DNA of 64,000 nucleotides from Salmo salar (GCF_905237065.1 NC_059444.1:51878644-51942643), one strand, 5' to 3'; positions 13,667 to 25,567 are shown, counted from the stretch's first letter. Notes: generated by a model from the sequence alone, not told the origin. Numbers and translations: made by a program.

Positions 13667-15502
13667 ATGGAGTCAGCAGGAGCTTCAGCGCCAGCCATGT
13701 CCATGGAGGAAACCGTCGACCAACACTCCACCCTGCTCCACCGGCTGGGGAACGCCATGGATCAGGTGTTGGCGCGCCTGGAGAGCTGGGACCGACGCGC
13801 TCTCGGCCCCCTGAACTCGGCAGGCCAACAGCCTGCGCCCCCACCAGCACCCACAGCACCCAGTACCAGTGGGGTGAAACTCGCTCCCCCCAGGGAGTAC
13901 GATGGAACGGCCGCTGGGTGTAAGGGCTTCTTGCTCCAGTTGGAGTTATACCTGGCGACCGTTCGTCCCTCTCCCTCGGGGGAGGAGAGCGTCAGCGTCC
14001 TCGTCTCCTGCCTCACGGGTAAGGCCCTGGAATGGGCAAACGCCGTGTGGGACAGTCCGGACTCAGCCAGGGACAACTACCCAGAGTTCACCCGCCGCTT
14101 TCGGGCAGTATTCGATCATCCCCGGAGGGGAGAGCGGCGGGTGAGCGGCTGTTTCACCTGAGGCAGGAGACGAGGAGCGCGCAGGACTTCGCTCTCGAGT
14201 TCCGGACCCTGGCCGCGGGAGCAGGGTGGAATGAGAGGGCCCTTATAGATCACTACCGTTGTAGTTTGAGGGAGGACGTCCGCCGGGAATTAGCCTGTCG
14301 GGACACGACCCACACACTGGACCAACTGGTGGATCTGTCCATCCGACTGGACAATCTGCTGGCCGCCCGCGGACGTCCGACCCGGGCCCTGCTCATTCCA
14401 CCCTCCAGTCCTCCTGCTCCCACGCCTATGGAGATAGGGGGGCAGCAGCCAGGAAGACTGGAGGGGGAGGTCGCTCCTGCACCTCATGTGGTCGCAGAGG
14501 GCACACTGTGGACCGGTGCTGGGGAGACTCCCCTAGGAGTCCAGAGGGCAGGCAGAGCGCTCCTTTGACACCTCAGGTGAGTCAGCACCAGCCTCACCCA
14601 GAGCCCCCTGTCCGTCACATGTATGTGTCAGTGTCCTTTCCTTGTTTCTCCCCTCACTCCCGGTTTAAGGCGCTAGTCGATTCAGGCGCAGCAGGGAGTT
14701 TTATGGACCGTGGGGTCGCGGCTAAGTTAGGGATTCCCCTGGTCCAGTTGGACCAACCCTTCCCCGTGCACGCCCTAGACAGTCGACCACTAGGGTCAGG
14801 GCTGGTCAGGGAGGTCACTGTGCCTCTGGTCATGGTAATGCGGGGGGTCATGAGGAATGGATTAGTCTTTTCCTCATCGATTCCCCAGCATTTCCAGTGG
14901 TTCTAGGGATTCCCTGGCTAGCCACTCACAACCCTAAGATTTCGTGGGGACAGAGGGCTCTTAAGGGGTGGTCAAATGAGTGCTCGGGCAGGTGCATAGG
15001 AGTTTCCATCGGTGCGACTACGGTGGAGAGTCCAGACCAAGTATCCACCATGCACATTCCCTCAGAGTATGCCGATTTGGCTATCGCCTTCAGTAAAACG
15101 AAGGCGACCCAATTACCACCTCATCGACGAGGAGACTGTGCGATAAACCTCCAGGTGGGCGCTGCCCTTCCTCGTAGTCACGTTTATCCCCTGTCTCAGG
15201 AGGAAACAGCGGCTATGGAGACATACGTCACTGAGTCCTTGAGGCAGGGATACATTCGGCCATCTCACTCACCCGTCTCCTCGAGCTTCTTTTTCGTGAA
15301 GAAGAAGGAGGGAGGTCTGCGCCCGTGCATTGACTATAGAGGTCTAAATGCCATCACAGTGGGTTTCAGTTACCCACTACCTCTCATCGCCTCGGCGATG
15401 GAGTCATTTCACGGGGCGCGCTTCTTCACGAAATTGGATCTCAGGAGCGCATATAATCTGGGTGCGTATCCGAGGAGGGGACCAGTGGAAAACGGCATTT
15501 AG
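13667..15502 (+). CDS. Chromovirus gag-protease-RT N-terminus, interrupted by four single-base frame changes
   Basis: ORF-track pieces 13667..14161, 14032..14568, 14508..14906 and 14897..15502 are in different frames. Each switch is at a homopolymer: C4 at 14120-14123, G6 at 14437-14442, G6 at 14842-14847, GGG at 15460-15462. Conserved gag motifs ([30 protein letters not shown]) are present. Confidence 0.75.
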
Positions 15503-18017
15503 TACCACATCTGGCCATTATGAGTACCTCGTCATGCCGTATGGGTTAAAGAATGCTCCCGCAGTCTTTCAATCCTTTGTGGATGAGATTCTACGGGACC
15601 TGCTCGGTCAGGGTGTAGTGGTGTACATCGATGACATTCTGGTCTACTCCACTACACGCGCCGAGCATGTGTCTCTGGTGCGTAAAGTGCTTGGGCGACT
15701 GGTGGAGCATGACCTATACGTCAAGGCTGAGAAATGTGAGTTTTCCAAACCAGCCGTCTCTTTCTTGGGGTATCGCATTTCCTCATCAGGGGTAGTGATG
15801 GAATGTGACCGCGTTTCAGCCGTGCGTAATTGGCCGACTCCCACCACGGTGAAGGAGGTGCAGCGGTTTTTGGGATTTGCCAATTACTACCGGAGGTTTA
15901 TCCGGGGCTTTGGTCAGGTGGCGGCTCCCATTACCTCACTGTTGAAGGGGGGCCCGGTGCGGTTGCAGTGGTCCGCGGAGGCGGACAGGGCCTTTAGTCG
16001 TCTGAAGGTTTTGTTCACCGACGCTCCGGTGCTGGCGCACCCGGACCCCTCTTTGCCCTTCATAGTGGAGGTGGACGCGTCCGAGGCTGGGGTAGGAGCC
16101 GTGCTGTCCCAGCGCTGGGCGCCCCCAAAGCTCCGCCCCTGCGCCTTCTTCTCTAGGAAGTTGAGTCCGGCGGAGCGTAACTATGATGTGGGGGACAGGG
16201 AGCTGTTGGCTGTGGTCAGAGCCCTGAAGGTGTGGAGACATTGGCTTGAGGGGGCACGTCACCCTTTTCTCATCTGGACTGACCACCGCAATCTGGAGTA
16301 CATCCGGGCGGCGAGGAGACTGAACCCGCGTCAAGCCAGGTGGGCGATGTTCTTTACGAGATTTCGGTTTAACATCTCGTATATCCCAGGTTCCCGGAAC
16401 ACTAAGGCCGACGCACTGTCTCGTCTCCATGACGCCGAGGAACGGTCCACCGATCCCACGCCCATACTTCCAGCCTCCTGCTTGGTGGCACCGGTGGTCT
16501 GGGAGGTGGACGCGGACATCGAGCGGGCGTTACGGACGGAGCCTACTCCTCCGCAGTGTCCAGTGGGTCGTAAGTACGTTCCGCTCGATGTTCGCGATCG
16601 GCTGATTCGGTGGGCTCACACGCTTCCCTCCTCGGGTCACCCAGGGGTTGAGCGGACAGTGCGTGGTCTTAGTGGGAGATACTGGTGGCCCACCTTGGTG
16701 AGGGACGTGAGGCACTATGTCTCCTCCTGTTCGGTGTGCGCTCAGAGTAAGGCTCCCAGGCACCTGCCTAGAGGGAAATTACAGCCCCTCCCGGTTCCAC
16801 AACGACCATGGTCCCACCTGGCGGTGGATTTCTTGACCGATCTCCCGCCGTCTCAGGGCAACACTACGATCCTGGTCGTTGTGGACCGGTTTTCTAAGTC
16901 CTGCCGTCTGCTTCCGTTACCCGGTCTTCCTACGGCCCTGCAGACCGCAGAAGCCTTATTCACCCACGTCTTCCGGCACTACGGGGTGCCCGAGGATATC
17001 GTCTCAGATCGAGGCCCCCAGTTCACGTCCAGAGTGTGGCGGGCGTTTATGGAGCGACTGGGGGTTTCGGTCAGTCTGACCTCGGGGTTTCACCCCGAAA
17101 GTAATGGGCAGGTGGAAAGGGTAAACCAGGAGGTGGGCAGGTTCCTGCGGTCCTACTGCCAGGACCGGCCAGGGGAGTGGGCAAGGTTCGTGCCATGGGC
17201 CGAAATGGCTCAGAACTCTTTGCGCCACTCCTCCACCAACATATCACCATTCCAATGTGTGTTGGGTTATCAGCCGGTCCTGGGGCCATGGCATCAGAGC
17301 CAGACGGAGGCCCCTGCGGTGGAGGAATGGGTTCAGCGCTCAAGGGAGACCTGGAACGCTGTGCAGGAATCCCTGGAACGAACCAGGGTACGACAAAAAG
17401 CGGCGCTGACCGGCACCGCAGCGAGGCCCCGGTGTTCACCCCAGGGGAGAGAGTCTGGCTCTCGACCCGGAACCTGCCCCTCCGCCTGCCCTGCCGGAAG
17501 CTGGGTCCGCGGTTTGTTGGGGCCATTTAAAGTCCTGAGGAGAATAAACGAGGTGTGTTACAGATTACAACTTCCTTCTTATTATCGCATTAACCCCTCG
17601 TTTCATGTGTCTCTCCTCAGGCCGGTGGTAGCTGGTCCGCTGCAGGAAAATGAGGTACGGGAGGTCCCTCCACCCCCCCTGGACATCGGGGGGCCCCCGG
17701 CGTACACAGTCCGGTCCATCTTGGACTCCAGACGCCGGGCGAGGGGCCTGCAGTACCTCGTGGACTGGGAGGGGTACGGCCCGGAGGAGAGGTGCTGGGT
17801 ACCGGTGGAGGACATACTGGACCCAGCGCTCATCCGGGAGTTCCACAGCCTCCATCCGGATCGCCCTGCGCCTCGCCCTCCGGGGCGTCCTCGAGGCCGG
17901 GCGTCGGCGCGCTGCGGGAGCCGCGTCAGGGGGGGGAGTACTGTCACGACAGTGACGGATGGTGGCGCCCCTCCTCGGCCGGGCGGAGCTCGGCGGTCGT
18001 CGTCGCCGGCCTACTAG
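15348..18017 (+). CDS. Chromovirus pol (RT, RNase H, integrase, chromodomain), uninterrupted 889-codon ORF
   Basis: ORF-track 15348..18017. Contains [21 protein letters not shown] (RNase H), the HHCC zinc finger H..H..CSVC, integrase core D..D..E, and the chromodomain. Confidence 0.85.
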   Translation: MPSQWVSVTHYLSSPRRWSHFTGRASSRNWISGAHIIWVRIRGGDQWKTAFSTTSGHYEYLVMPYGLKNAPAVFQSFVDEILRDLLGQGVVVYIDDILVYSTTRAEHVSLVRKVLGRLVEHDLYVKAEKCEFSKPAVSFLGYRISSSGVVMECDRVSAVRNWPTPTTVKEVQRFLGFANYYRRFIRGFGQVAAPITSLLKGGPVRLQWSAEADRAFSRLKVLFTDAPVLAHPDPSLPFIVEVDASEAGVGAVLSQRWAPPKLRPCAFFSRKLSPAERNYDVGDRELLAVVRALKVWRHWLEGARHPFLIWTDHRNLEYIRAARRLNPRQARWAMFFTRFRFNISYIPGSRNTKADALSRLHDAEERSTDPTPILPASCLVAPVVWEVDADIERALRTEPTPPQCPVGRKYVPLDVRDRLIRWAHTLPSSGHPGVERTVRGLSGRYWWPTLVRDVRHYVSSCSVCAQSKAPRHLPRGKLQPLPVPQRPWSHLAVDFLTDLPPSQGNTTILVVVDRFSKSCRLLPLPGLPTALQTAEALFTHVFRHYGVPEDIVSDRGPQFTSRVWRAFMERLGVSVSLTSGFHPESNGQVERVNQEVGRFLRSYCQDRPGEWARFVPWAEMAQNSLRHSSTNISPFQCVLGYQPVLGPWHQSQTEAPAVEEWVQRSRETWNAVQESLERTRVRQKAALTGTAARPRCSPQGRESGSRPGTCPSACPAGSWVRGLLGPFKVLRRINEVCYRLQLPSYYRINPSFHVSLLRPVVAGPLQENEVREVPPPPLDIGGPPAYTVRSILDSRRRARGLQYLVDWEGYGPEERCWVPVEDILDPALIREFHSLHPDRPAPRPPGRPRGRASARCGSRVRGGSTVTTVTDGGAPPRPGGARRSSSPAY

Positions 18018-18376
18018 CTACCATCGATCCCTTTTTGTTTCACTTTCGTTTGGTTAGGTCTAGGTAGGCACACACCTGTTTTGGGTTAGTCATTAGTAAG
18101 GGGGGGTTATTTAGGTTAGCGTAGGATGTATGTGGTTGTACGTGATTGTGTTGCTTGTCCGGGTTTTGTGTGTTCGTAAGAACGTGTATTTAGTTTTTCC
18201 TTCTGCCAGTGGTTTCTTTTATTTTGTGTACACCACCGCAGAATCGTTCAGGGCTGCGCCCCTATACCTTGTCGACCACGTACAGTGCTTCAAATAAAGA
18301 AGTGTGGTCACGAACTCTCTCTGTCTCCTGCGCCTGACTCTACCTCTCCTGTTGTTCCTCGAGCCAGCCCGTGACA
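17942..18376 (+). repeat. 3' LTR of the chromovirus
   Basis: Identical to the 5' LTR. Preceded by the PPT. The pol ORF reads through into it and stops at 18015-18017. Confidence 0.9.
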
Positions 18377-18381
18377 GGGGT

Positions 18382-18480
18382 TGTCATTATTAGTGTGGTG
18401 ATGTTATAATTAATGGCTGTGGTGTGGTGAGGATAGCATTAGTGTGGTGATGTCATTCTTACATTAGAGTGGTAATGTCA
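18382..18480. repeat. Minisatellite (same family as 10695-10855)
   Basis: tagtgtggtgatgt units immediately 3' of the chromovirus TSD. Confidence 0.75.
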
Positions 18481-18514
18481 AATCAAAATCAAATCAAATG
18501 TTATTTGTCACATA

Positions 18515-20061
18515 CAGTGAGGGGAAAAAGTATTTGATCCCCTGCTGATTTTGTACGTTTGCCCACTGACAAAGAAATGATCAGTATATAATTTTAATGG
18601 TAGGTTTATTTGAACAGTGAGAGACAGAATAACAACAACAAAAATCCAGAAAAACGCATGTCAAAAATGTTATAAATTGATTTGCATTTTAATGAGGGAA
18701 ATAAGTATTTGACCCCCTCTCAATCAGAAAGATTTCTGGCTCCCAGGTGTCTTTTATACAGGTAATGAGCTGAGATTAGGAGCACACTCTTAAAGGGAGT
18801 GCTCCTAATCTCAGTTTGTTAACTGTATAAAAGACACCTGTCCACAGAAGCAATCAATCAATCAGATTCCAAACTCTCCACCATGGCCAAGACCAAAGAG
18901 CTCTCCAAGGATGTCAAGGACAAGATTGTAGACCTACACAAGGCTGGAATGGGCTACAAGACCATCGCCAAGCAGCTTGGTGAGAAGGTGACAACAGTTG
19001 GTGTGATTATTCACAAATGGAAGAAACACAAAAGAACTGTTAATCTCCCTTGGCCTGGGGCTCCATGCAAGATCTCACCTCGTGGAGTTGCAATGATCAT
19101 GAGAACGGTGAGGAATCAGCCCAGAACTACACGGGAGGATCTTGTCAATGATCTCAAGGCAGCTGGGACCATAGTCACCAAGAAAACAATTGGTAACACA
19201 CTATGCCGTGAAGGACTGAAATCCTGCAGCGCCCGCAAGGTCCCCCTGCTCAAGAAAGCACATACACATGCCCGTCTGAGTTTGCCAATGAACATCTGAA
19301 TGATTCAGAGGACAACTGGGTGAAAGTGTTGTGGTCAGATGAGACCAAAATGGAGCTCTTTGGCATCAACTCAACTCGCCGTGTTTGGAGGAAGAGGAAT
19401 GCTGCCTATGACCCTAAGAACACCATCTCCACAGTCAAACATGGAGGTGGAAACATTATGCTTTGGGGGGGTTTTTCTGCTAAGGGGACAGGACAACTTC
19501 ACCGCATCAAAGGGACGATGGACGGGGCCATGTACCGTCAAATCTTGAGTGAAAACCTCCTTCCCTCAGCCAGAGCATTGAAAATGGGTTGTGGATGGGT
19601 ATTCCAGCATGACAATGACCCAAAACACACGGCCAAGGCAACAAAGGAGTGGCTCAAGAAGAAGCACAGTAAGGTCCTGGAGTGGCCTAGCCAGTCTCCC
19701 GACCTTAATCCCATAGAAAATCTGTGGAGGGAGCTGAAGGTTCGAGTTGCCAAACGTCAGCCTCGAAACCTTAATGACTTGGAGAAGATCTGCAAAGAGG
19801 AGTGGGACAAAATCCCTCCTGAGATGTGTGCAAACCTGGTGGCCAACTACATGTTTTGCAGAGGGGTCAAATACTTATTTCCCTCATTAAAATGCAAATC
19901 AATTTATAACATTTTTTACGTGTTTTTCTGGATTTTTTTGTTGTTATTCTGTCTCTCACGGTTCAAATAAACCTACCATTAAAATTATAGACTGATCATT
20001 TCTTTGTCAGTGGGCAAACACACAAAATCAGCAGGGGATCAAATACTTTTTTCCCTCACTG
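18515..20061 (+). mobile_element. Tc1-like transposon copy 3, nearly full length (ITR cagtgaggggaaaaagtatttgatcccc), TA TSD; transposase pseudogene
   Basis: ORFs 18883..19299 and 19320..19970 cover HTH, DDE and [17 protein letters not shown]. There is one 1-nt deletion near 19285 (ctgagtttgcc instead of ctgaagtttgcc) and a deletion of about 57 bp removing the C-terminus (..VANY|MFCRG). TA at 18513-18514 and 20062-20063. Confidence 0.85.
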
Positions 20062-20063
20062 TA

Positions 20064-20330
20064 CACATGGTTAGCAAATGTTAATGCGAGTGTAATGAAA
20101 TGCTTGTGCTTCTTGTGCCGACAGTGCAGTAATATCTAACAAGTAATCTAACAATTCCCCAACAACTACCTAATACACACAAATCTAAAGGGGTGAATGA
20201 GAATATGTACATGTAAGTATATGGATGAGCGAAGGCCGAGCGGCATAGGCAATGTGCAATAGATGGTATAAAATACAGTATATACATGTGATATGAGTAA
20301 TGTAAGATATGTAAACAATATTAAAGTGGC
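20064..20330 (-). repeat. Composite repeat: LINE 3'-UTR tail plus Tc1-fragment unit. It is the other half of the unit interrupted by Tc1 copy 3, whose remaining part is at 18481-18512
   Basis: Reverse complement matches 51690-51960. Joining 20064.. with ..18512 across the TA reconstitutes catgtgTAtgtgac(c)aata.atttgatttg as in the intact unit at 51950-51990. Confidence 0.7.
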
Positions 20331-20390
20331 ATTATGTTATCGTTAGTGTGGTGATGTCATCATTAGTGGTTGTAGTGTAGAAATGTCTTA
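20328..20390. repeat. Minisatellite (same family)
   Basis: tcgttagtgtggtgatgtcatcattagtgg. Confidence 0.7.
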
Positions 20391-20559
20391 ATTTGCAGTG
20401 CTCCCCTGTCTCTGTCTCTCTCGCTCTCTACTAGTCACTATGACACGTCTCCTGTCTTCTGTCACTCTCCTGCCATGCCGACCGCTCTGATACTTGACAG
20501 ACTGATGCTGGACGACCTGATGTGTGTTGACAACCGTGTGGGTTTGTGTCTGTGCCTGT

Positions 20560-20705
<146 letters not shown>

Positions 20706-20849
20706 GCTAGTTAAAATGTATCAGTCTCTAGCCCATCACAGCAAAGGCCAATTATTGCCATGAATTGTGTTGCTTGAAACACCAGTTTGGACCTTGAAAC
20801 CATGTTAAGCATATTTAACAGACACAGTCTAATTGTCTTTAATGAAATA

Positions 20850-21165
20850 CACTCTTCTCTCTCCCCCCACTCTGATCCACCCCCTCTCTCCACACACTCC
20901 GCTCTCTCATCTCCTTCTCTCCATCTCTTCTCACTGCCATCCCCTTTCTCTCTTCCCACACTCCTCTCTTGTTTCCTCTCTCTCTTCCCACTTCTCTCTC
21001 TCATTCTCCCTCTCTCCTCCTGTACTTTGCTCTTCCTCACCCTCTGTCACTCCCTTCCCATTCTCCCCACTCTTCTCTTTCATCCCCTATCTCTCTCCCC
21101 ACATTCCTCTCTCACCCCCTCCCTCCCCCGCCATCCCCCTCTCCCCCCTCCCTCTCCATTTCAGC
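20850..21165 (+). promoter_or_regulatory. Polypyrimidine (CT-rich) tract immediately upstream of the doc2a start codon; candidate 5' UTR or core promoter region
   Basis: Over 300 bp is nearly devoid of purines and ends at the ATG. The ORF-track ORFs here are low-complexity artefacts. Confidence 0.3.
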
Positions 21166-21168
21166 TCT

Positions 21169-21496
21169 ATGACGTTGCGTAAAGGAAAGAAACTCAGCAT
21201 CACCATCCAGGAACACATGGCCATTGACGTCTGCCCTGGCCCCATCCGACCTATCAGAACAATCTCTGCCTACTTCCCCCGCCTGTCCCCCACCTCTGAG
21301 CCCCTCTCCCCCAAACCCACTGGCTCCCCATTAGTCCTCAGTCCTGGGGGCGCGGCCAGCGGGATGGGGGGTGGCGGCAGGGGAGGACTCTTGACGCCAT
21401 TGCTGCCGGGGGCGATGGGAGGGGGCGGGTCTTTGTCGTTACAGAGCAGCATGGACACGTCTGTGGAGATCAACAGTTCTGACAGTGACGACTTCA
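21169..21496 (+). CDS. doc2a: Doc2-family (double C2 domain protein, doc2a-like) coding exon 1, the N-terminal Munc13-interacting region
   Basis: ATG at 21169 begins MTLRKGKKLSITIQEHMAIDVCPGPIRPIRTISAYFPR, which matches the Doc2 N-terminus recalled from memory (MTL..ISIQEHMAIDVCPGPIRPI). It is in frame with ORF-track 20833..21618. Donor ttca|GTGAGT at 21497, phase 1. Confidence 0.8.
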
Positions 21497-22075
21497 GTGA
21501 GTCCAGGGTTTGGCGTGTTGTTGACTGTGTTTGTGTGTGTGGGGGTGGGTGGGGTGTGTGTGTGTGTGCACGCATAAACGTGATTTACATCCCATATAAA
21601 TGCATAGTGTTTCATTGATGTACTCTGTTGTGACATCTATATGTAATGTCTTTAGCATGTGTGTACTTTCAGATTGTGGAAGTCAGTGTGCTGTCCTTTT
21701 CATACAGTCATTGGTTGGTTTCAAAGCCTTCTGTGAGTCCATTCTGTGGCTTCCATTGTGACAGGTATGTTGCAATAGCCTGGTCCAAGATCGGTGTGTA
21801 CTGTCTTGCCAACTCCTATGGTCATTGTCACATCAAACATGGCTGGACACTATTGATTGACTGACGGATTGGTTGATTGATTGATTGATTGATTGGTTCA
21901 CTGATAAACGTTCCTTGCCTACTTTTGCTGCCGAGTTGTATTATTTATGTGACTCACCCACCCTAGGTCATTGATATGGGGGTTTTCACAAGTGCAGGAC
22001 ATGTAGGAGTGGTGGTGTTTGTTTCTGACACATGCTACTGGTTTTTAACCGTTCCACTGGTTGTCTCCTATACAG

Positions 22076-22155
22076 CTGCTTTGGGAACACTGGAGTTTGA
22101 TTTGTGGTACGAGCGAGCCTCCAGTAAGCTACACTGCACTATCCTCAGGGCCAAG
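22076..22155 (+). CDS. doc2a: doc2a-like exon 2 (start of C2A: TAALGTLEFDLWYERASSKLHCTILRAK)
   Basis: Acceptor ctcctatacag|, donor AAG|GTAACC. Phase is consistent with exon 1: a+ct gives T. Matches the Doc2A C2A start ALGTLEFDLLYD..LHCSILRAK. Confidence 0.85.
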
Positions 22156-22192
22156 GTAACCTCACTGTTCACTCATTTCCTATCTGCCCTTC

Positions 22193-22374
22193 AGCCCAAT
22201 CCCAAATCGAGCCCTAGACCCTGCGTCCTATGCACTTTTGGAGATCTGAGAGAATGTGACAGATGCAAGATATATGTTAATAGCTCCATCGTGCCCTCTG
22301 ATACCAATCAAATCCTCTCAGATCTCCAGAAGTGCATAGGGCGCAGGGTCTAGGGGTCGATTTGGGATTGGGCC
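22193..22374. repeat. Long imperfect palindrome: about 59-nt inverted arms (about 95 percent complementary) around a 64-nt loop, 38 nt downstream of the doc2a exon 2 donor
   Basis: Left arm gcccaatcccaaatcgagccctagaccctgcg..gagatctgagag. Right arm ctctcagatctc..cgcagggtctaggggtcgatttgggattgggc. Confidence 0.8.
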
Positions 22375-22616
22375 GCTCCGGCATCCATGGATGTCACTTG
22401 CCCTGCCATCACACATTTGTAGAATTTTTGCATTCCATTCCAGAAAAAGAGGGTCTAGTAAAGTAAATGAATGAAGGCAATCATAGGGGAGCATTAAAGG
22501 GATAGTTCACCCTAAAATATGCAGGCCTCAATCATCCCAAATGAAAGGGAACTAATTAGACTCAGCTTGACTTCTGACTAACTTTAATGTGGAGTTGAAT
22601 GGTCCCATTGACATGA

Positions 22617-22892
<276 letters not shown>

Positions 22893-22925
22893 TAGAATGG
22901 AGTCAATGTCTCTGAACTCTATTGA

Positions 22926-23276
<351 letters not shown>

Positions 23277-23279
23277 TAG

Positions 23280-23700
23280 GATTCATTTGACAGCATTAAG
23301 GAGTTTACCACAACAGTCAAGGGCTTCATCAATAAGTGCGTAGACAATGTCTAGTTACCACTTACAAGGAATGGGATACGGATATTGACGCATACAAGAA
23401 AGCCCGCTACGATCTCTGACGAGACATCAAAGATGCAAAAGGACAATATAGGAGGAAGGTGGAATCCTATTACACCGGCACCGACGCTCGTCGTATGTGG
23501 CAGGACTTGCGGACGATAACTGATTACAAAAGGAAACACAGCCACGAGAACTCCCAAACGAGTAAAATGCCTTTTATGCTCGCTTCGAGGAATATAACAC
23601 TGTGCCTTGCGTGAATGTCCCTGTTTTTCAAGATGTCTGTGTGATCTCGCTCTCTGTGGCCGATGTGAGCAAAAACGTTTCAACAAGTTAACAATCACAA
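23280..23700 (+). mobile_element. LINE fragment (ORF2 region upstream of RT), same family as 55250-57060
   Basis: ..TTVKGFINKCVDNV.. parallels ..TSVTGFINKCINDIVPTVTVRTYPNQRPW.. at 55380. Confidence 0.5.
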
Positions 23701-25102
23701 GGCCGTGATTGAAAATGCAAAAAAGTTGCCCACTTTTTCAGAATTCACCCAAACAACAGTACTACAATAAAAAAAATTACAGGATATAGCAGAGATACTT
23801 TTGAGGCGATGGGACACTCCATTGGAATTCTCTTAACGCTCACTGTGTACGTTGCCTATGCGTCGTCAATGGGTCAGTGTGCTGTGCAGTGCATTCTGGG
23901 CTATTCTGAGACAAGGACGGCTCGCCTTCAAGGATTGAATGGGAGTCAATGGGCTGCTAGCTCAAAACCCCAACATTAGCATGAATTTCGTGAACAAAAA
24001 GTACAACATTACAAATCTTTTCCGAGATGTGAGATAATTACCTCGATCTCTGTAATAGCGTAGAGCTTTGGAATTGTGGCATTGCGTACTTTTGAAGAAA
24101 ATAGGCGGGTTTCTCTACTCTGACTTTGAGAAGGGATTGCGTGACGATTAGCTTAGCAACCGCGGGACACAGCATGTCAACGTGAACGCGATTGGTTGAT
24201 AGACTGCTGGGTGGGGTGTTATACAATCCTCCATTCACTGCCCATTGGGATTCCTATCTTCTCCTTTCTCTAATATCTCTGGATATAGTACTACAAGAAC
24301 CAGTCCTGCCCAACCTAAGTACAGGGGGTCCCTAAACTGGGATCTCTTTCCTCCATTGGAAAAGCCTATAAGATTGTCCCACTTTAGCTACTCCATGCTG
24401 TCCTACTTTAGCTCTGTAGTTGGTAAAGGGGACAACTAAATAAATTAATGAATTACTAAATTGAAACATAATATTGGCAACTTATTTTTTATATATTTTA
24501 ATGCACTAATACCTAGTACGCACGTTTACATCACAGTTTGGCACATCTTTATAACCTTAAAACAGAAAAAAGTGATGTCACTGATCTTACCGTGTGCTTC
24601 GCAGGCTGCGCTTCCTGTGTGAAGCTTGCTGTGCCCCCGTCTGTGACGTCGCACCAATGAAGTTATGTGATTTTGATTATGTGGTTTCTCTGCAAGGGCT
24701 TAGTAACAATAATTTCGATTTTCTCTCGTCAGACCAAGAAATAAATACGTCAGGATTAAGCTGTCCCAGTTTATATGATGTCCCACTCTTTCCGAATTCA
24801 CCCCACATAATATATAGGCTAGCTCAATTACATAAGGACAAGAGGAACACACTGACATTTACCTTTGGCAATGATAGGAAAGTGTTGGTGTTTAAAACAC
24901 AAATATATAAACAAAGACACACAACGGAAACACATTAACATTAAGCTCTGTGACCATACATATTTCAATTTGAAATGAACTAAATTCAGGTAGTGAAGGC
25001 AGTGGGTATGTGTGTGTGTGCGCACTTGCCTTATCTAGCAAGCAAGTGTTGTTTCTCTGAAAATACGTCTCTTCCTGTCAACGGCTTTGACAGTGGCTGC
25101 AT

Positions 25103-25212
25103 CGCAAATGGCACCTTATTCCCTATATAGTACACTACTTTTGGCCAGCGCCCTTAGGGCTCTGGTCAAAGGTAGTGCACTGAAGGAAGTAGGGTGCCGT
25201 TTGGGATGCAAG
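25103..25212. repeat. Salmonid palindromic hairpin repeat (aaatggcaccttattccctatatagt.cactacttttg.ccag...ctggtcaaa.gtagtgcact...agggtgcc.tttgg)
   Basis: Self-complementary unit of about 100 bp. Further copies are at 45064-45150, 57684-57775 and 61950-62040. Confidence 0.8.
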
Positions 25213-25526
25213 ACAGTGTGTCGTATATTTAGCCAGAATAATTCCGCCTGTCGCCCGTGGTAATATCCTCTTGAATTACGTTATGGCACTCTCAGAGCCA
25301 CTCGGAGGCTTCTCCTAAGGAGAAGAGCGGAACACCGCTGCACTCCGGTTCATCCCGTGATTAACCACGGTAAATTACCTGTGTGTGCCCACAACACACT
25401 GCAAATTATCCGTATCCCTAGGCAACACCTGATTCCCGGCCGACCTTTAAAACTTTGCTGGGGTTGGGCCATTTTTTTGTCATGAAAGCGAGAGTGAGAA
25501 AGTAATTTAGTGGTTTATCTCTCGAG

Positions 25527-25530
<4 letters not shown>

Positions 25531-25567
<37 letters not shown>

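Larger units (their letters stand above)
13211..18376 (+). mobile_element. Full-length Ty3/Gypsy LTR retrotransposon (chromovirus: gag, aspartic protease, RT, RNase H, integrase, C-terminal chromodomain), 5166 bp
   Basis: Identical 435-bp LTRs, TGTCAC...GTGACA. 5-bp TSD GGGGT at 13206-13210 and 18377-18381. Polypurine tract aggggggggag just before the 3' LTR. Motifs present: gag CCHC knuckle [14 protein letters not shown], protease [20 protein letters not shown], integrase HHCC and DDE, and a chromodomain [38 protein letters not shown]. Confidence 0.9.

Noticed and set aside
14100..15480. Possible programmed -1 ribosomal frameshift sites in the chromovirus gag-pol.
   Set aside because: There is no X XXY YYZ slippery heptamer at any of the four frame changes. 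All are homopolymer-length differences, one of them +1 and three -1. That fits sequencing or assembly error or simple mutation.
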